64,000 bases of DNA from a bacterium (lineage in GTDB: Bacteria; Patescibacteriota; Minisyncoccia; Minisyncoccales; GWA2-46-15), in contig JAUYCZ010000015.1 of NCBI GenBank assembly GCA_030704795.1, positions 27,540 to 91,539 on the forward strand, read 5' to 3'. A model generated the notes under the pieces. The model was not told where the DNA came from. It saw only the letters and a program-made list of their open reading frames with translations, and searched no databases. The first letter of the stretch is position 1, and the number at the start of each line of letters is the position of its first letter. Both the position numbers and the translations under genes were made by a program. This document shows, one piece after another, positions 1 to 8,915 of the stretch.

Positions 1-357
1 AATTTTATTTTCAAAGAAATACTGACCCAGGCCGGAAATTAACAGATCTTTCCACCACTGAGCTTGTTTATCATCCAGAGAGCCCGCCTTAACTAAAATC
101 TCCGGAGAACAAGTCGCTTTCCAATAAGAAAAGGATTCGATCAGGCCCAGATGGAAAACGAAATTATCGACCATCCCCCACTCCAGATTATTCAACCTGA
201 CCGAATCGATATTTTCAATAATTAACTGGGGAGAAAAACTAATGTTGGGAGGTGTCTCGAAACTAAAAGAAATCCGCAGGTTTTTTCCTTCGATCTTCCA
301 AGAGAAATTCTCGTAAATGAATTGAGGATACTTTTTTCTTAAAATCTCGTACTTCAT
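1..357 (-). CDS. hypothetical protein, partial (C-terminus runs off the window edge); translated N-terminus MKYEILRKKYPQFIYENFSWKIEGKNLRISFSF...
   Basis: Open minus-strand frame from ATG (rc at 355-357) to the window edge; not in ORF track because no stop is in the window; no recognisable family. Confidence 0.4.
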   Translation of the reverse strand, partial: MKYEILRKKYPQFIYENFSWKIEGKNLRISFSFETPPNISFSPQLIIENIDSVRLNNLEWGMVDNFVFHLGLIESFSYWKATCSPEILVKAGSLDDKQAQWWKDLLISGLGQYFFENKI

Positions 358-362
358 TTTAG

Positions 363-1430
363 CTAACCGAAAAGCCTGATCATCACTCCGATCATGGCCA
401 TGACCATGGAAATGACCCAAAATCTCATCGTGATCTGATAGCTGGGCCAGCCCTTGGCCTCAAAATGATGATGAATCGGCGCCGCCAAAAAGAGTTTCTT
501 ACCCCTCAGTTTCTTAGAAAGCAACTGCAAGATGACGGAACCCGATTCGATGACGAGTAAAAACCCAATGATCGGCAAAACCAAAACCGAATCGGTTAAA
601 AAAGCGACGACGGTTAAAGTGGCGGTTAATCCCAAAACTCCGGTTTCGCCCATATAGAATTTGGCCGGGGGAATGTTGTGCCACAGAAAGGCCAGTAATC
701 CTCCCATAATCACAGCCATAAAGGTCGCCAAGTCAATCTGGTTGCGAAAAATGGCGATGCCTGCGTAGGCACCGAAAATGGTGGCGAAAACCCCGCCCGA
801 CAAACCGTCGATGCCGTCAATGACGCCGCCCGAATAAACGGCCAGCATCGTCACGACGAACAAAGGGATGTAAAGGCCGTCGATCTCCAGATTGCCTACG
901 CCGGGAATGTGTAAAGTACTCCCGCCGAGTTTAAAGTAAAACCACCAGGCGCCAATCAGACCGATGGCGGCCACCAGGCTCAAGCGATAGATCAGGCTCA
1001 GCCCCCCGCCAATATATTTTCCTTTGCCAAAAACCTGAAGCAGGTCATCGGTCAATCCTAATAAAGAAGCGGCCACCAAAGTAAAAAGCGGCAGCCAAGT
1101 CTGGTTGCGGCTCAAGAAATTGAGTTTTTCAAAGATGACGAGATCGCTGACTTGGTCGAGAACGAAAAACAAAATGATCAAGATTAAACTCGAGGCCAAG
1201 ATGAGAATACCGCCGAATCTTGGAGTTTTTACTTCATCTTCGGAATGGAATTTCTGGAAATAAGAAAGCTCTCCCCCGTCAATCGCTTTCTGACGGGCTT
1301 CTTTTCGCCAAAGCCGGTGTTTATAGAGAAAGCGAATCAGCGGCCCGGACAAAAGAAAGGCCAAAACAAAGGCCAGAGTACCCGCCGTTAAGATCTTGAT
1401 GACGTCAAAAGAAAGACCGGAAAATGGCAT
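363..1430 (-). CDS. mraY: phospho-N-acetylmuramoyl-pentapeptide transferase (glycosyltransferase family 4)
   Basis: Polytopic protein with MraY/GT4 motifs (LLGLTDDL, DGIDGL, GxxDD), N-terminus typical of MraY. Confidence 0.85.
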   Translation of the reverse strand: MPFSGLSFDVIKILTAGTLAFVLAFLLSGPLIRFLYKHRLWRKEARQKAIDGGELSYFQKFHSEDEVKTPRFGGILILASSLILIILFFVLDQVSDLVIFEKLNFLSRNQTWLPLFTLVAASLLGLTDDLLQVFGKGKYIGGGLSLIYRLSLVAAIGLIGAWWFYFKLGGSTLHIPGVGNLEIDGLYIPLFVVTMLAVYSGGVIDGIDGLSGGVFATIFGAYAGIAIFRNQIDLATFMAVIMGGLLAFLWHNIPPAKFYMGETGVLGLTATLTVVAFLTDSVLVLPIIGFLLVIESGSVILQLLSKKLRGKKLFLAAPIHHHFEAKGWPSYQITMRFWVISMVMAMIGVMIRLFG

Positions 1431-1440
1431 GATGATTACT

Positions 1441-2403
1441 CTAATTAAAAGCTTTGATCAGCTTTTCTAATTCGAGAAAACGGGACTCTTGGGAATCAGC
1501 TCCCAAGACCAAGCTAATGAAATAGTTTCCGTTTTGATCTTTGGTCACCAAGATAATAGAGCCTCCGGCTTCATCAGTATAGCCGGTTTTACCGCCCACG
1601 ATCTTGAGATTCTTGATCTGGCCAAATGAAGTTAAAAGCTCATTGGTATTAAAGGCACGGTGATGAGGCCGATTGTTCTCGCTCAAAATAATGACCGAGG
1701 GCTGAGCCGAAACCTCCAGAATAAAAGGATGGGTTTTGAGGATAAAAACCATCAGGTTGGCCAAGTCCCGGGCGGTAGAAAAATTATTCTCGGCTTCTAA
1801 TCCCGTCGGCGTCGAAAAATAAGTTGATCTCAGGCCCAGTTCTTTTGACTTCAGATTCATCAAGGCCACAAATTCCTCCCGGCCCGAGGAAATCGAAGAT
1901 TTCGCCGCTAAGGCCTCGGCGGCATCATTACTTGATTCAATTAAAGCCATTTTCAACAACTCTTTGACCATAATTCTCTCTCCGGTCTTAAGGTTTCCTG
2001 AGTTTCCCTCCTGAGAAACGCTGGTCAAAGAGATCTCCACCTCCTGAGAAAGAGGCTGGTTTTCTAAAGAAACAACGGCCGTCATTAATTTGGTCAAAGA
2101 GGCAATGGCTAGTTTTTGGCTCGAGTTTTTATCGAAAAGAACCGTTTGCTGGCCATCGCTCTTTACTTTCAAAACCAAAGCGCTTCTGGCGGCAATATCA
2201 AAGTTCAATGAAAATTTTTTAACCGGGGAAAAATTTTTGAAGTTAGAAAAATCATTTTGAGAGGCTTGAGCCAAGAAAGTATCCGGTGGCAGATAAATCT
2301 GGCTCAATAAAAAATCCTCAAGCCTTAACTCTCCCGCGTTGAGAGCGCCAAAGAGGGACAGACTGATGGTTAAACCAATTAAAAAGAATTTTAGTCCTGT
2401 CAT
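1441..2403 (-). CDS. D-alanyl-D-alanine carboxypeptidase (peptidase S11, PBP5-like)
   Basis: Signal peptide; SxxK (ASLTK), SxN (SSND), KTG (KTGYT) active-site motifs. Confidence 0.8.
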   Translation of the reverse strand: MTGLKFFLIGLTISLSLFGALNAGELRLEDFLLSQIYLPPDTFLAQASQNDFSNFKNFSPVKKFSLNFDIAARSALVLKVKSDGQQTVLFDKNSSQKLAIASLTKLMTAVVSLENQPLSQEVEISLTSVSQEGNSGNLKTGERIMVKELLKMALIESSNDAAEALAAKSSISSGREEFVALMNLKSKELGLRSTYFSTPTGLEAENNFSTARDLANLMVFILKTHPFILEVSAQPSVIILSENNRPHHRAFNTNELLTSFGQIKNLKIVGGKTGYTDEAGGSIILVTKDQNGNYFISLVLGADSQESRFLELEKLIKAFN

Positions 2404-3821
2404 CTTTTTTGCTTCTCGTCCTCTTTTCCGACAATCTTGATTCCGAGTTCTTTTAATTGTTCCGAGCTGACTTCCGAGGGAACGTCCATCATCAAGTCAC
2501 GGCCATCGCCGGTTTTAGGAAAGGCGATGACTTCGCGGATGCTCTCTTCTTTTAAGAGTAAGGCGACCAATCGATCTAAGCCCCAGGCAATGCCGCCGTG
2601 GGGCGGACAGCCGTAGGAAAAGGCTTCCAGCATATGACCAAAATTAGTCTTAATTTCTTCTTCCGGGCGACCCAGAATTTCAAAAACCTTTTTTAAAGCC
2701 TCAGCTTTATGATTTCTGATTGAGCCGCCGCCGATCTCAAAACCGTTGAGAACGATGTCGTACTGAGTCGTGATAATCTCGCCGATTCTCTCTTTGTTCA
2801 TCAGCCACTCCAGATGCTCGGGCTGAGGCGCCGAAAAAGGATTGTGAGTGAAAGTCCAGGCCCCTTCCTTATTCTTTTCAAAGAAAGGAAAATCAATCAC
2901 CCAACAAAAAGCCAAAAGGTCCGGATCGTTTTTGTCTCGCCTGAGATCGGGACGATCGGTCTTGTATTTCGACATCGCCTCCTGAAAAGATATTCGGGGA
3001 AAAGGAACTTCTTGAATCTTTTTTTGAGGCGTAACCTTTTTAACCGTCTCGATCAATAACCTCTCATTGAGAGCCATAACGTCTTCTCTCTCGACAAAGG
3101 AAAGTTCCATATCCAGCTGAGTAAATTCCGGCTGTCGATCGGCCCGTGGATCTTCGTCGCGGAGACAGCGGGCGACCTGAAAATAGCGCTCCATGCCCGC
3201 CACCTGCAAGAGCTGCTTGTATTGTTGCGGACTCTGGGGTAGGGCATAGAACTTGCCTTTCTGAAGCCGGGAAGGAACAATATAGTCCCGCGCCCCTTCG
3301 GGAGTTGATTTAGTCAAGATCGGCGTTTCGATTTCCACGAAACCTTCTTGAGTTAAAAAAGCTCTTAAAAAGTTAATAATTTGGTGGCGCAGAATGAAAT
3401 TATTTTTTAATCTTTCCCGCCGCAAATCAAGATAACGGTATTGCAATCTTTTTTCTTCCGAAATCTCGCGCCCGTCGCTCTTAACGTCAAAGGGCAGGGG
3501 TTGAGCTTTAGAGAAAACTTCCAGGTTTTCGGCTAAAACCTCAATTTTCCCCGTCGCCAAATTGGGATTTTCCGTCTTCTCGGGCCTTTCTTGAACCAAG
3601 CCTAAAATCCCGACGGTTGACTCCGTCGTTAATCTTTTCGCCTTCTCGTAATCTAAGGACTCGGCGGGAAAAACGACTTGAACCAAACCGGTCCAATCCC
3701 TCAAATCAAGAAAAACAACCCGGCCGTGTTCTCTTAGAGAGTTAACCCAGCCGCAAACATGAACAATTTCCCCTGTTTTCTTAATTGTTTCAACAATTAA
3801 CGTTCTCTCCATATGTTTCAA
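2400..3821 (-). CDS. aspS: aspartate--tRNA ligase, short archaeal/non-discriminating type lacking GAD insertion
   Basis: Class IIb motifs: FYALPQSPQQYKQLLQVAG, FQVARCLRDEDPRADRQPEFTQLDMELSF, GGIAWGLDRLV; 473 aa. Confidence 0.85.
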   Translation of the reverse strand: MKHMERTLIVETIKKTGEIVHVCGWVNSLREHGRVVFLDLRDWTGLVQVVFPAESLDYEKAKRLTTESTVGILGLVQERPEKTENPNLATGKIEVLAENLEVFSKAQPLPFDVKSDGREISEEKRLQYRYLDLRRERLKNNFILRHQIINFLRAFLTQEGFVEIETPILTKSTPEGARDYIVPSRLQKGKFYALPQSPQQYKQLLQVAGMERYFQVARCLRDEDPRADRQPEFTQLDMELSFVEREDVMALNERLLIETVKKVTPQKKIQEVPFPRISFQEAMSKYKTDRPDLRRDKNDPDLLAFCWVIDFPFFEKNKEGAWTFTHNPFSAPQPEHLEWLMNKERIGEIITTQYDIVLNGFEIGGGSIRNHKAEALKKVFEILGRPEEEIKTNFGHMLEAFSYGCPPHGGIAWGLDRLVALLLKEESIREVIAFPKTGDGRDLMMDVPSEVSSEQLKELGIKIVGKEDEKQKR

Positions 3822-3833
3822 TTATCTTTATTT

Positions 3834-5054
3834 TTATCCATTATTCAATTCTTTTTCTATTTCTAAAAGCCTTTGGTATTTTGCCAGCCTTTCTTTTTGC
3901 AAAAGCCCGCCGGCGGCAATATAGTCAGCCCCCAAGCCGACGGCCAAATCTGCCAAAAAACTATCCTTGGTCTCCCCTCCCCGGTGCTTGGCAAAAAGCT
4001 TCATTCCCTGGCTTTTGGCAAAATTGGCAACGCCGATAGTTTCGGTAATTGTCCCGACTTGGTTTGGCTTTATGATAATGCTGTTGCAAGCTTTTTCTTT
4101 AATCGCTTTTTTGGTTAACTCTAAATTAGTTACCAAAAGGTCGTCGCCAATAACCAAGAGTTTTTTGCCCAAGTCCTTGGTTGTTTCCCTAAATCCCCGC
4201 CAATCTTCCTGGGAAAACGGGTCTTCAATGCCAAGAATTTGATAGTTTAAAACCAGTTTTTTATAGAATCGCAATAGTTCTTCGGCCGATAATTTCTCAC
4301 CCTCAAAAATATATTTTCCCTTTTTGAAAAAGTGACTGGCCGCCATATCAAGAACAAGTCTTTCTTTAATGCCCGCCCTTTTTAACGCCCCTTTGATAAT
4401 CTCGAAGGCGGCTTCGCTATTTTTTAAAACCGGGGCAAAAGCGCCTTCCTTGCCAACGGCCGCTTTTGCCATTTTTTTGAGAAAAGAATAAACCTGCCTA
4501 ACTTTGGCAATTCTTTCTGACAAGCTTCCCTCCTCAATGGCAACCATAAATTCCTGGGTTGAAAACGGCCCCCGCCTCCCTCCGTGAAGCCCGCCTTCAA
4601 GTAAAAGAAAGCAGGGAATCGGCATTTTTGGTTTTTTGTTACCTGTTAGTTCAGCGATGTGTTGCCAAAGAAGCAAATTTTTAGCCTTGGCGCCGGCACG
4701 GCAAACCGCCATCGAAACCGCCAAAATCGCATTTGCTCCTAAGCGCGATTTATTTTCCGTTCCATCCAGCTCGATTAAAATGCTATCGATTTCGCCCTGT
4801 TGGACAGGATCTTCGCCCTTTAAAGCCGGGGCAATTATTTTCTCAATATTTTCACAAGCTTTTTTGACTCCCCCATTCTTGTCTCTCAACTCCATCGCTT
4901 CATACCTGCCTTTGGAAATACCCGAAGGCACCGAAGCAGAAAATCTTTCTTGGTTCATTTCCAAAATCGCTTCGACCGTCGGGTCGCCCTTGGAATCAAG
5001 AATTTCCCTAGCTTTAATCTGTTTTATTCTAAACTTGAAATTTGTCTTTTTCAT
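3834..5054 (-). CDS. eno: enolase (phosphopyruvate hydratase)
   Basis: N-terminal AREILDSKGDPTVEA, SGISKGRYEAMELRD, IKPNQVGTITET signature blocks. Confidence 0.9.
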   Translation of the reverse strand: MKKTNFKFRIKQIKAREILDSKGDPTVEAILEMNQERFSASVPSGISKGRYEAMELRDKNGGVKKACENIEKIIAPALKGEDPVQQGEIDSILIELDGTENKSRLGANAILAVSMAVCRAGAKAKNLLLWQHIAELTGNKKPKMPIPCFLLLEGGLHGGRRGPFSTQEFMVAIEEGSLSERIAKVRQVYSFLKKMAKAAVGKEGAFAPVLKNSEAAFEIIKGALKRAGIKERLVLDMAASHFFKKGKYIFEGEKLSAEELLRFYKKLVLNYQILGIEDPFSQEDWRGFRETTKDLGKKLLVIGDDLLVTNLELTKKAIKEKACNSIIIKPNQVGTITETIGVANFAKSQGMKLFAKHRGGETKDSFLADLAVGLGADYIAAGGLLQKERLAKYQRLLEIEKELNNG

Positions 5055-5977
5055 TTGGAATTAACTAGATATTGATGAGCCGACAAGACGGCTTTAACGC
5101 CCTCCCCCGCAGCAATGACGATTTGTTTATACTTCACATCCGTCACGTCGCCGGCGGCAAACAGGCCCGGGGTTTTGGTCGCACCGGTCTTCGGATCAAC
5201 GACAATTTCTCCCCACGGGTTAAAAATAACCAGATCTTTAAGGAAGTCTGTCACGGGTAAAGAACCGATTTGAACAAAAACACCCTGAATCTTCAACTCC
5301 TTGATTTTACTTGAAACGAGGTCCTGATAAACTAATTTATCCACCATCTTTTCTCCTTTAATCTCTAAGGTTTGGGCCGATAAAATTATTTCCGTTTTCC
5401 CAGACTCTCTGATTTTTTGTTGAGTAATATCATCGGCAATTATCTTAGATCCAAACTCTAAAATATAGATTTTTGTCGCGTAGGGCAGTAAATCAATGGC
5501 CGCCTCAAAACCGGCATTGCCGCCGCCGACAATCGCTACTTCTTTATTCCTAAAAAGTGGGGCGTCGCAAACCGAACAATAAGAAACGCCTTTGTTCGAA
5601 AACTCGGCCTCGCCCGGCACTCCGAGCAATCTCGGGTTACGGCCAGAGGTGATAATAACGGTCCGACCCTCAAATCTCTTTCTTTGAACCGTCTCAATTT
5701 CAAAAACATTTTCTTTTTTAATCAACGAGATGGCCTGATCCCCTTCCCGAATCTCAACCGGGAATTTCTTCAAATGTTCTTTGAATTTTCCCATCAGATC
5801 CAGGCCGCTGATTTCGGAAAATCCGGGATAGTTTTCCACCCAAGCTGTTTTCCCGGTTTGGCCGACGAAATCTTTGGTAAGCAAAAGAATCTTTAGGGCC
5901 TTTCTCGCCCCGTAAATACCCGCCGCCACGCCAGCCGGCCCGCCGCCGATGATGATCAAATCATAAATATCTGCCAT
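5051..5977 (-). CDS. trxB: thioredoxin-disulfide reductase
   Basis: FAD motif DLIIIGGGPAGVAAG, redox CxxC (CSVCD), second GGGNAG NADPH motif, 308 aa. Confidence 0.85.
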   Translation of the reverse strand: MADIYDLIIIGGGPAGVAAGIYGARKALKILLLTKDFVGQTGKTAWVENYPGFSEISGLDLMGKFKEHLKKFPVEIREGDQAISLIKKENVFEIETVQRKRFEGRTVIITSGRNPRLLGVPGEAEFSNKGVSYCSVCDAPLFRNKEVAIVGGGNAGFEAAIDLLPYATKIYILEFGSKIIADDITQQKIRESGKTEIILSAQTLEIKGEKMVDKLVYQDLVSSKIKELKIQGVFVQIGSLPVTDFLKDLVIFNPWGEIVVDPKTGATKTPGLFAAGDVTDVKYKQIVIAAGEGVKAVLSAHQYLVNSK

Positions 5978-6064
5978 GTACTTAAATATAGCAATTTTTA
6001 TCTTAAAAATCCAGCCATCAGTTTTTTGACAAACGAAGCTCCTCTATGGCTCGAAAGTAAAAAA

Positions 6065-6207
6065 TCGGACATCGCACGTCCAACAACGCATTAATTCTGC
6101 CATCAAACCGACAGTTAAAACAACTTAGAATCATTGCTATAGCAATTATTTCTAGTTGTTTAAAAAAATTGAATTTTACCGCTGGGAATCGGACATGCGA
6201 TGTCTGA
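6065..6207. repeat. Pair of inverted copies of a 19-nt hairpin motif TCGGAC-N7-GTCCGA (6065-6082 and 6189-6207) flanking about 105 bp of AT-rich non-coding DNA
   Basis: Direct reading: tcggacatcgcacgtcca and tcggacatgcgatgtctga (the latter is the reverse orientation of the former); third copy at 51979-51997. Confidence 0.6.
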
Positions 6208-6273
6208 CAAATTGACGCGCCAAATAGAAAAACCCCGCTCTTGCGAAACGAGGTCTTTCGTTTTGGGTTCATT

Positions 6274-6939
6274 TCACCTACTCAAGGTAGAAGTTGGCAA
6301 CCCCGAGATCTGCACAAGAAGCGCGTCGCCGGGAAGTCCACCATAGAGAAGGTCTGCACGGAATTCGTAAGGGGTAATGCTGTTCTCCGGTATCATCTGT
6401 TCATTGTAGGCTACGAAAACAGCAAAGGCGGAATTCGGAGAGTGTGAAATGCGCCACTCTCCAGGGACAATTGTGTTGCTTGCCAGATTGTAGATTCTCA
6501 TCGATGTTTTGTCGATGAACTTGACCCTGTTTCCCTTAGCATCTGTCAAATAGATGCCGTCATTTGCGGATTTTGTTTCTTCGCCGCCCACCCACATCAG
6601 CATCGGGCCACCCGCATCAATGGAACCGGTCAGTTGAAAATCGACAAGCCGCCAGCCGACATTGCCGCCCTCAGCAGCAATAGTCCATCGATAGAGAACT
6701 TTCATTCCTGCGCCGAGCAAGGTTGACCCCTTTTCCGCCTTCATAACTCCAACAGGTGTCGGACGCGGCACCGGGGTGATCATCGCAACCTGCGTCTCCA
6801 GCGCGGCGATTTGCTGTTGCGTCTGGTACAGCCTTTCATTTATTTTGGTCATACTGCCCAACATGAATGAAAGAATGAAAAGTAGACCGGCGCCCAGCAA
6901 TAATACCACAGACCCTGTGAGCAAATACTTGGGTTTCAT
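6274..6939 (-). CDS. hypothetical membrane-anchored/secreted protein; start trimmed to MKPKYLL preceded by AAGGAGGAG RBS; locally GC-rich
   Basis: N-terminal TM/signal anchor, coiled-coil, no recognised domain; strong SD (aaggaggagaaATG) at the internal Met. Confidence 0.5.
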   Translation of the reverse strand: MKPKYLLTGSVVLLLGAGLLFILSFMLGSMTKINERLYQTQQQIAALETQVAMITPVPRPTPVGVMKAEKGSTLLGAGMKVLYRWTIAAEGGNVGWRLVDFQLTGSIDAGGPMLMWVGGEETKSANDGIYLTDAKGNRVKFIDKTSMRIYNLASNTIVPGEWRISHSPNSAFAVFVAYNEQMIPENSITPYEFRADLLYGGLPGDALLVQISGLPTSTLSR

Positions 6940-7023
6940 TTCTCCTCCTTGGAGAATAGCGATCTTCGTTTTGGTTTTGAGTCTCATCAAAGACTCAACG
7001 AAGACCGTCAGCAGAGGGTTCCT

Positions 7024-7062
7024 GGATTCCCCAGGTTGTCTAACGAGGGGGTCGGGGAATCC
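7024..7062 (-). promoter_or_regulatory. Candidate structured 5'-leader element (9-bp stem GGATTCCCC/GGGGAATCC enclosing GACCCCCTCGTTAGACAACCT), copy 1
   Basis: Inverted repeat seen directly; second copy with compensatory stem changes at 21995-22061. Confidence 0.4.
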
Positions 7063-7213
7063 TCTGCTAAGGGCCTTCAAAAACGAAGATTTTAACCCAA
7101 AACGTTTGTTGTTTTTAAAGAACAGAGTGCCCGAATCATAACATACAAATTTTATTATGTCAAGAACAAAAAGGGCACATCTCCGTAACGATTTACGAGG
7201 TCGTTAATATAAT

Positions 7214-7240
7214 AAAAACGGCGGAGATCATCCGCCGTTT
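7214..7240 (-). terminator. rho-independent terminator downstream of the surface-protein gene
   Basis: Minus-sense hairpin AAACGGCGGA-TGATC-TCCGCCGTTT followed by a U-rich tract. Confidence 0.6.
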
Positions 7241-7266
7241 CCAATCCTGGCTTTTCGAATTTCAGG

Positions 7267-8889
7267 TTAAATGCCTTCTTTTCCTTTAATTTCGGCGATC
7301 ATCTTAGCCAACTTCTCTTCGGCCATCTTATTCGAATCCCGAGGTAGGAGATTATCCATCCTGTTCTTGGCTGTTTCTAAAGCGCCAGTCACTCCCCAAG
7401 CATGGGCCCGATTCCCCAGATAGAACTTCAAAAGCAAGAAGTAGGTCAATAAAAGGGTGGCGATTAAGGAAAGGAAAAAAGAAAAATAAGCCGAGCTAAA
7501 AATGCCCGTCGGAATAGTAGTCGCGCCGGCGACGGAAGTTTTGACCACCTGAACCTTGGCCGTCGCCGTTTTGGCCACGGTCGTGTTGTAGACCAGGGCG
7601 GTATTAATGAGATCGGTGGTACCGAAAGTGAAATTAGCCGAATTGGCCACCACCGCTTCAAAAATGACGGTCTTGGTCTGTTGAGGATTAAGAGTGCCGA
7701 TGTTTAAACCGTTGAGAATGTCGCCCGAGACAAGAACATTATCAACTTTCAAGTTACCCTTATAGCTAATCTTGTCGGGCAGAGTGTCTTTAACGATCAG
7801 GTTAGTCGCGGGCTGGCTGCCGGTTGAGGTAATAAAAATTCTGAACTCGATGACCTCGCCGGGATCGGCCGCCACCACTTCCTGAAAACCAGTGCCATCG
7901 CTCAGATTTCTCGCCAATTTACTGAGGCTCAAGTCCTGAGTTCCAGAAACAGAACTGACCACGACTTGAGCGGTCGCCTCGGCCGGAACAGCTTGTCCCC
8001 TCTCGACCCTAACTTTGGTAATATAAGTGCCGGGGTTAGAATAACTACAAGCGTCAACTATGGTCTTGGGGTTATCTATGATTCCATTATAGGTATATTC
8101 CCAAGTGCCATCTGAAGTGCAATCAAATCGGTAATTGATGGTGCCCGTCGCCGTTCCGGTCACCGTCGCTCTCAGATCAACTCCGGTCAAAGGAGCAGTG
8201 CCGGTATTGGGAAGAGCTTCCAGGCTGGCATAAAGCGTCGACTGAGCTCCGACTAAAACGGTCACGCTGTCGGCAGAAGACGCCCCGCCGGTATTGGTAC
8301 AAGTTAAAGTGTAGGTTTTGGTGTTAGTTAAATTTCCGGTTGACTCAGAACCGGCCGTCACTTTTCCGCCCGTCCAATCGCCGGAAGCCGTACAATAACT
8401 GGCGTTGCTCGAGGTCCAAGCCAGAACCGCCGGAGTATTGGTATTAATGGTCAGCGGTCCGTCAGAACCATTGGCTTTAAGATCGACCGCCGGCGTCGCC
8501 TGAGATTGAGCCAAAATGGCCGTTGTTCCCTGGAAGGCCAGATTCTCTCTTTCTACCCTAATGCTGGCCGTGTAGTTGCCCTGACTAGAGTAATTGCAAA
8601 GATCGACCGCGGTATAAGCAGGACTGCTCGTAACGATAACCTTTTCCCAAACGCCGTCTGAAGTGCAGTCAAAACTATAGGTGATATTGCCGGTGGCGTT
8701 ACCCGAAACCGTGGCCGTCAAATCGACTCCGTTTAAGGGAACGGCGCCCGAAGAAGGATTGGCCGAAATGTCGGCATACAGGGTAGAAGCCGCCAAGACC
8801 GGAAGCGATAGCGACGATCCCAAAATCAAAGCCAGTACCGCCAAGGCCGTAGCTTTTCTGAAACCCTTAAGATTTAGATATTTGTTCAT
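7267..8889 (-). CDS. cell-surface protein with two PKD/Ig-like repeat modules, DUF11-like domain and C-terminal hydrophobic anchor
   Basis: Signal peptide; repeated module ...FDCTSDG.WE...C.Y...G.YTA...VER...; C-terminal TTIPTG followed by TM segment. Confidence 0.6.
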   Translation of the reverse strand: MNKYLNLKGFRKATALAVLALILGSSLSLPVLAASTLYADISANPSSGAVPLNGVDLTATVSGNATGNITYSFDCTSDGVWEKVIVTSSPAYTAVDLCNYSSQGNYTASIRVERENLAFQGTTAILAQSQATPAVDLKANGSDGPLTINTNTPAVLAWTSSNASYCTASGDWTGGKVTAGSESTGNLTNTKTYTLTCTNTGGASSADSVTVLVGAQSTLYASLEALPNTGTAPLTGVDLRATVTGTATGTINYRFDCTSDGTWEYTYNGIIDNPKTIVDACSYSNPGTYITKVRVERGQAVPAEATAQVVVSSVSGTQDLSLSKLARNLSDGTGFQEVVAADPGEVIEFRIFITSTGSQPATNLIVKDTLPDKISYKGNLKVDNVLVSGDILNGLNIGTLNPQQTKTVIFEAVVANSANFTFGTTDLINTALVYNTTVAKTATAKVQVVKTSVAGATTIPTGIFSSAYFSFFLSLIATLLLTYFLLLKFYLGNRAHAWGVTGALETAKNRMDNLLPRDSNKMAEEKLAKMIAEIKGKEGI

Positions 8890-8915
8890 GTTTTTTTCTT
8901 TGAGTTATTAATAAT

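Noticed and set aside
2814-5064. Plus-strand ORFs overlapping aspS/eno (for example 3785-4039, 3873-4118, 4636-5064)
   Set aside because: They are antisense to strongly supported housekeeping genes, with no homology or RBS.
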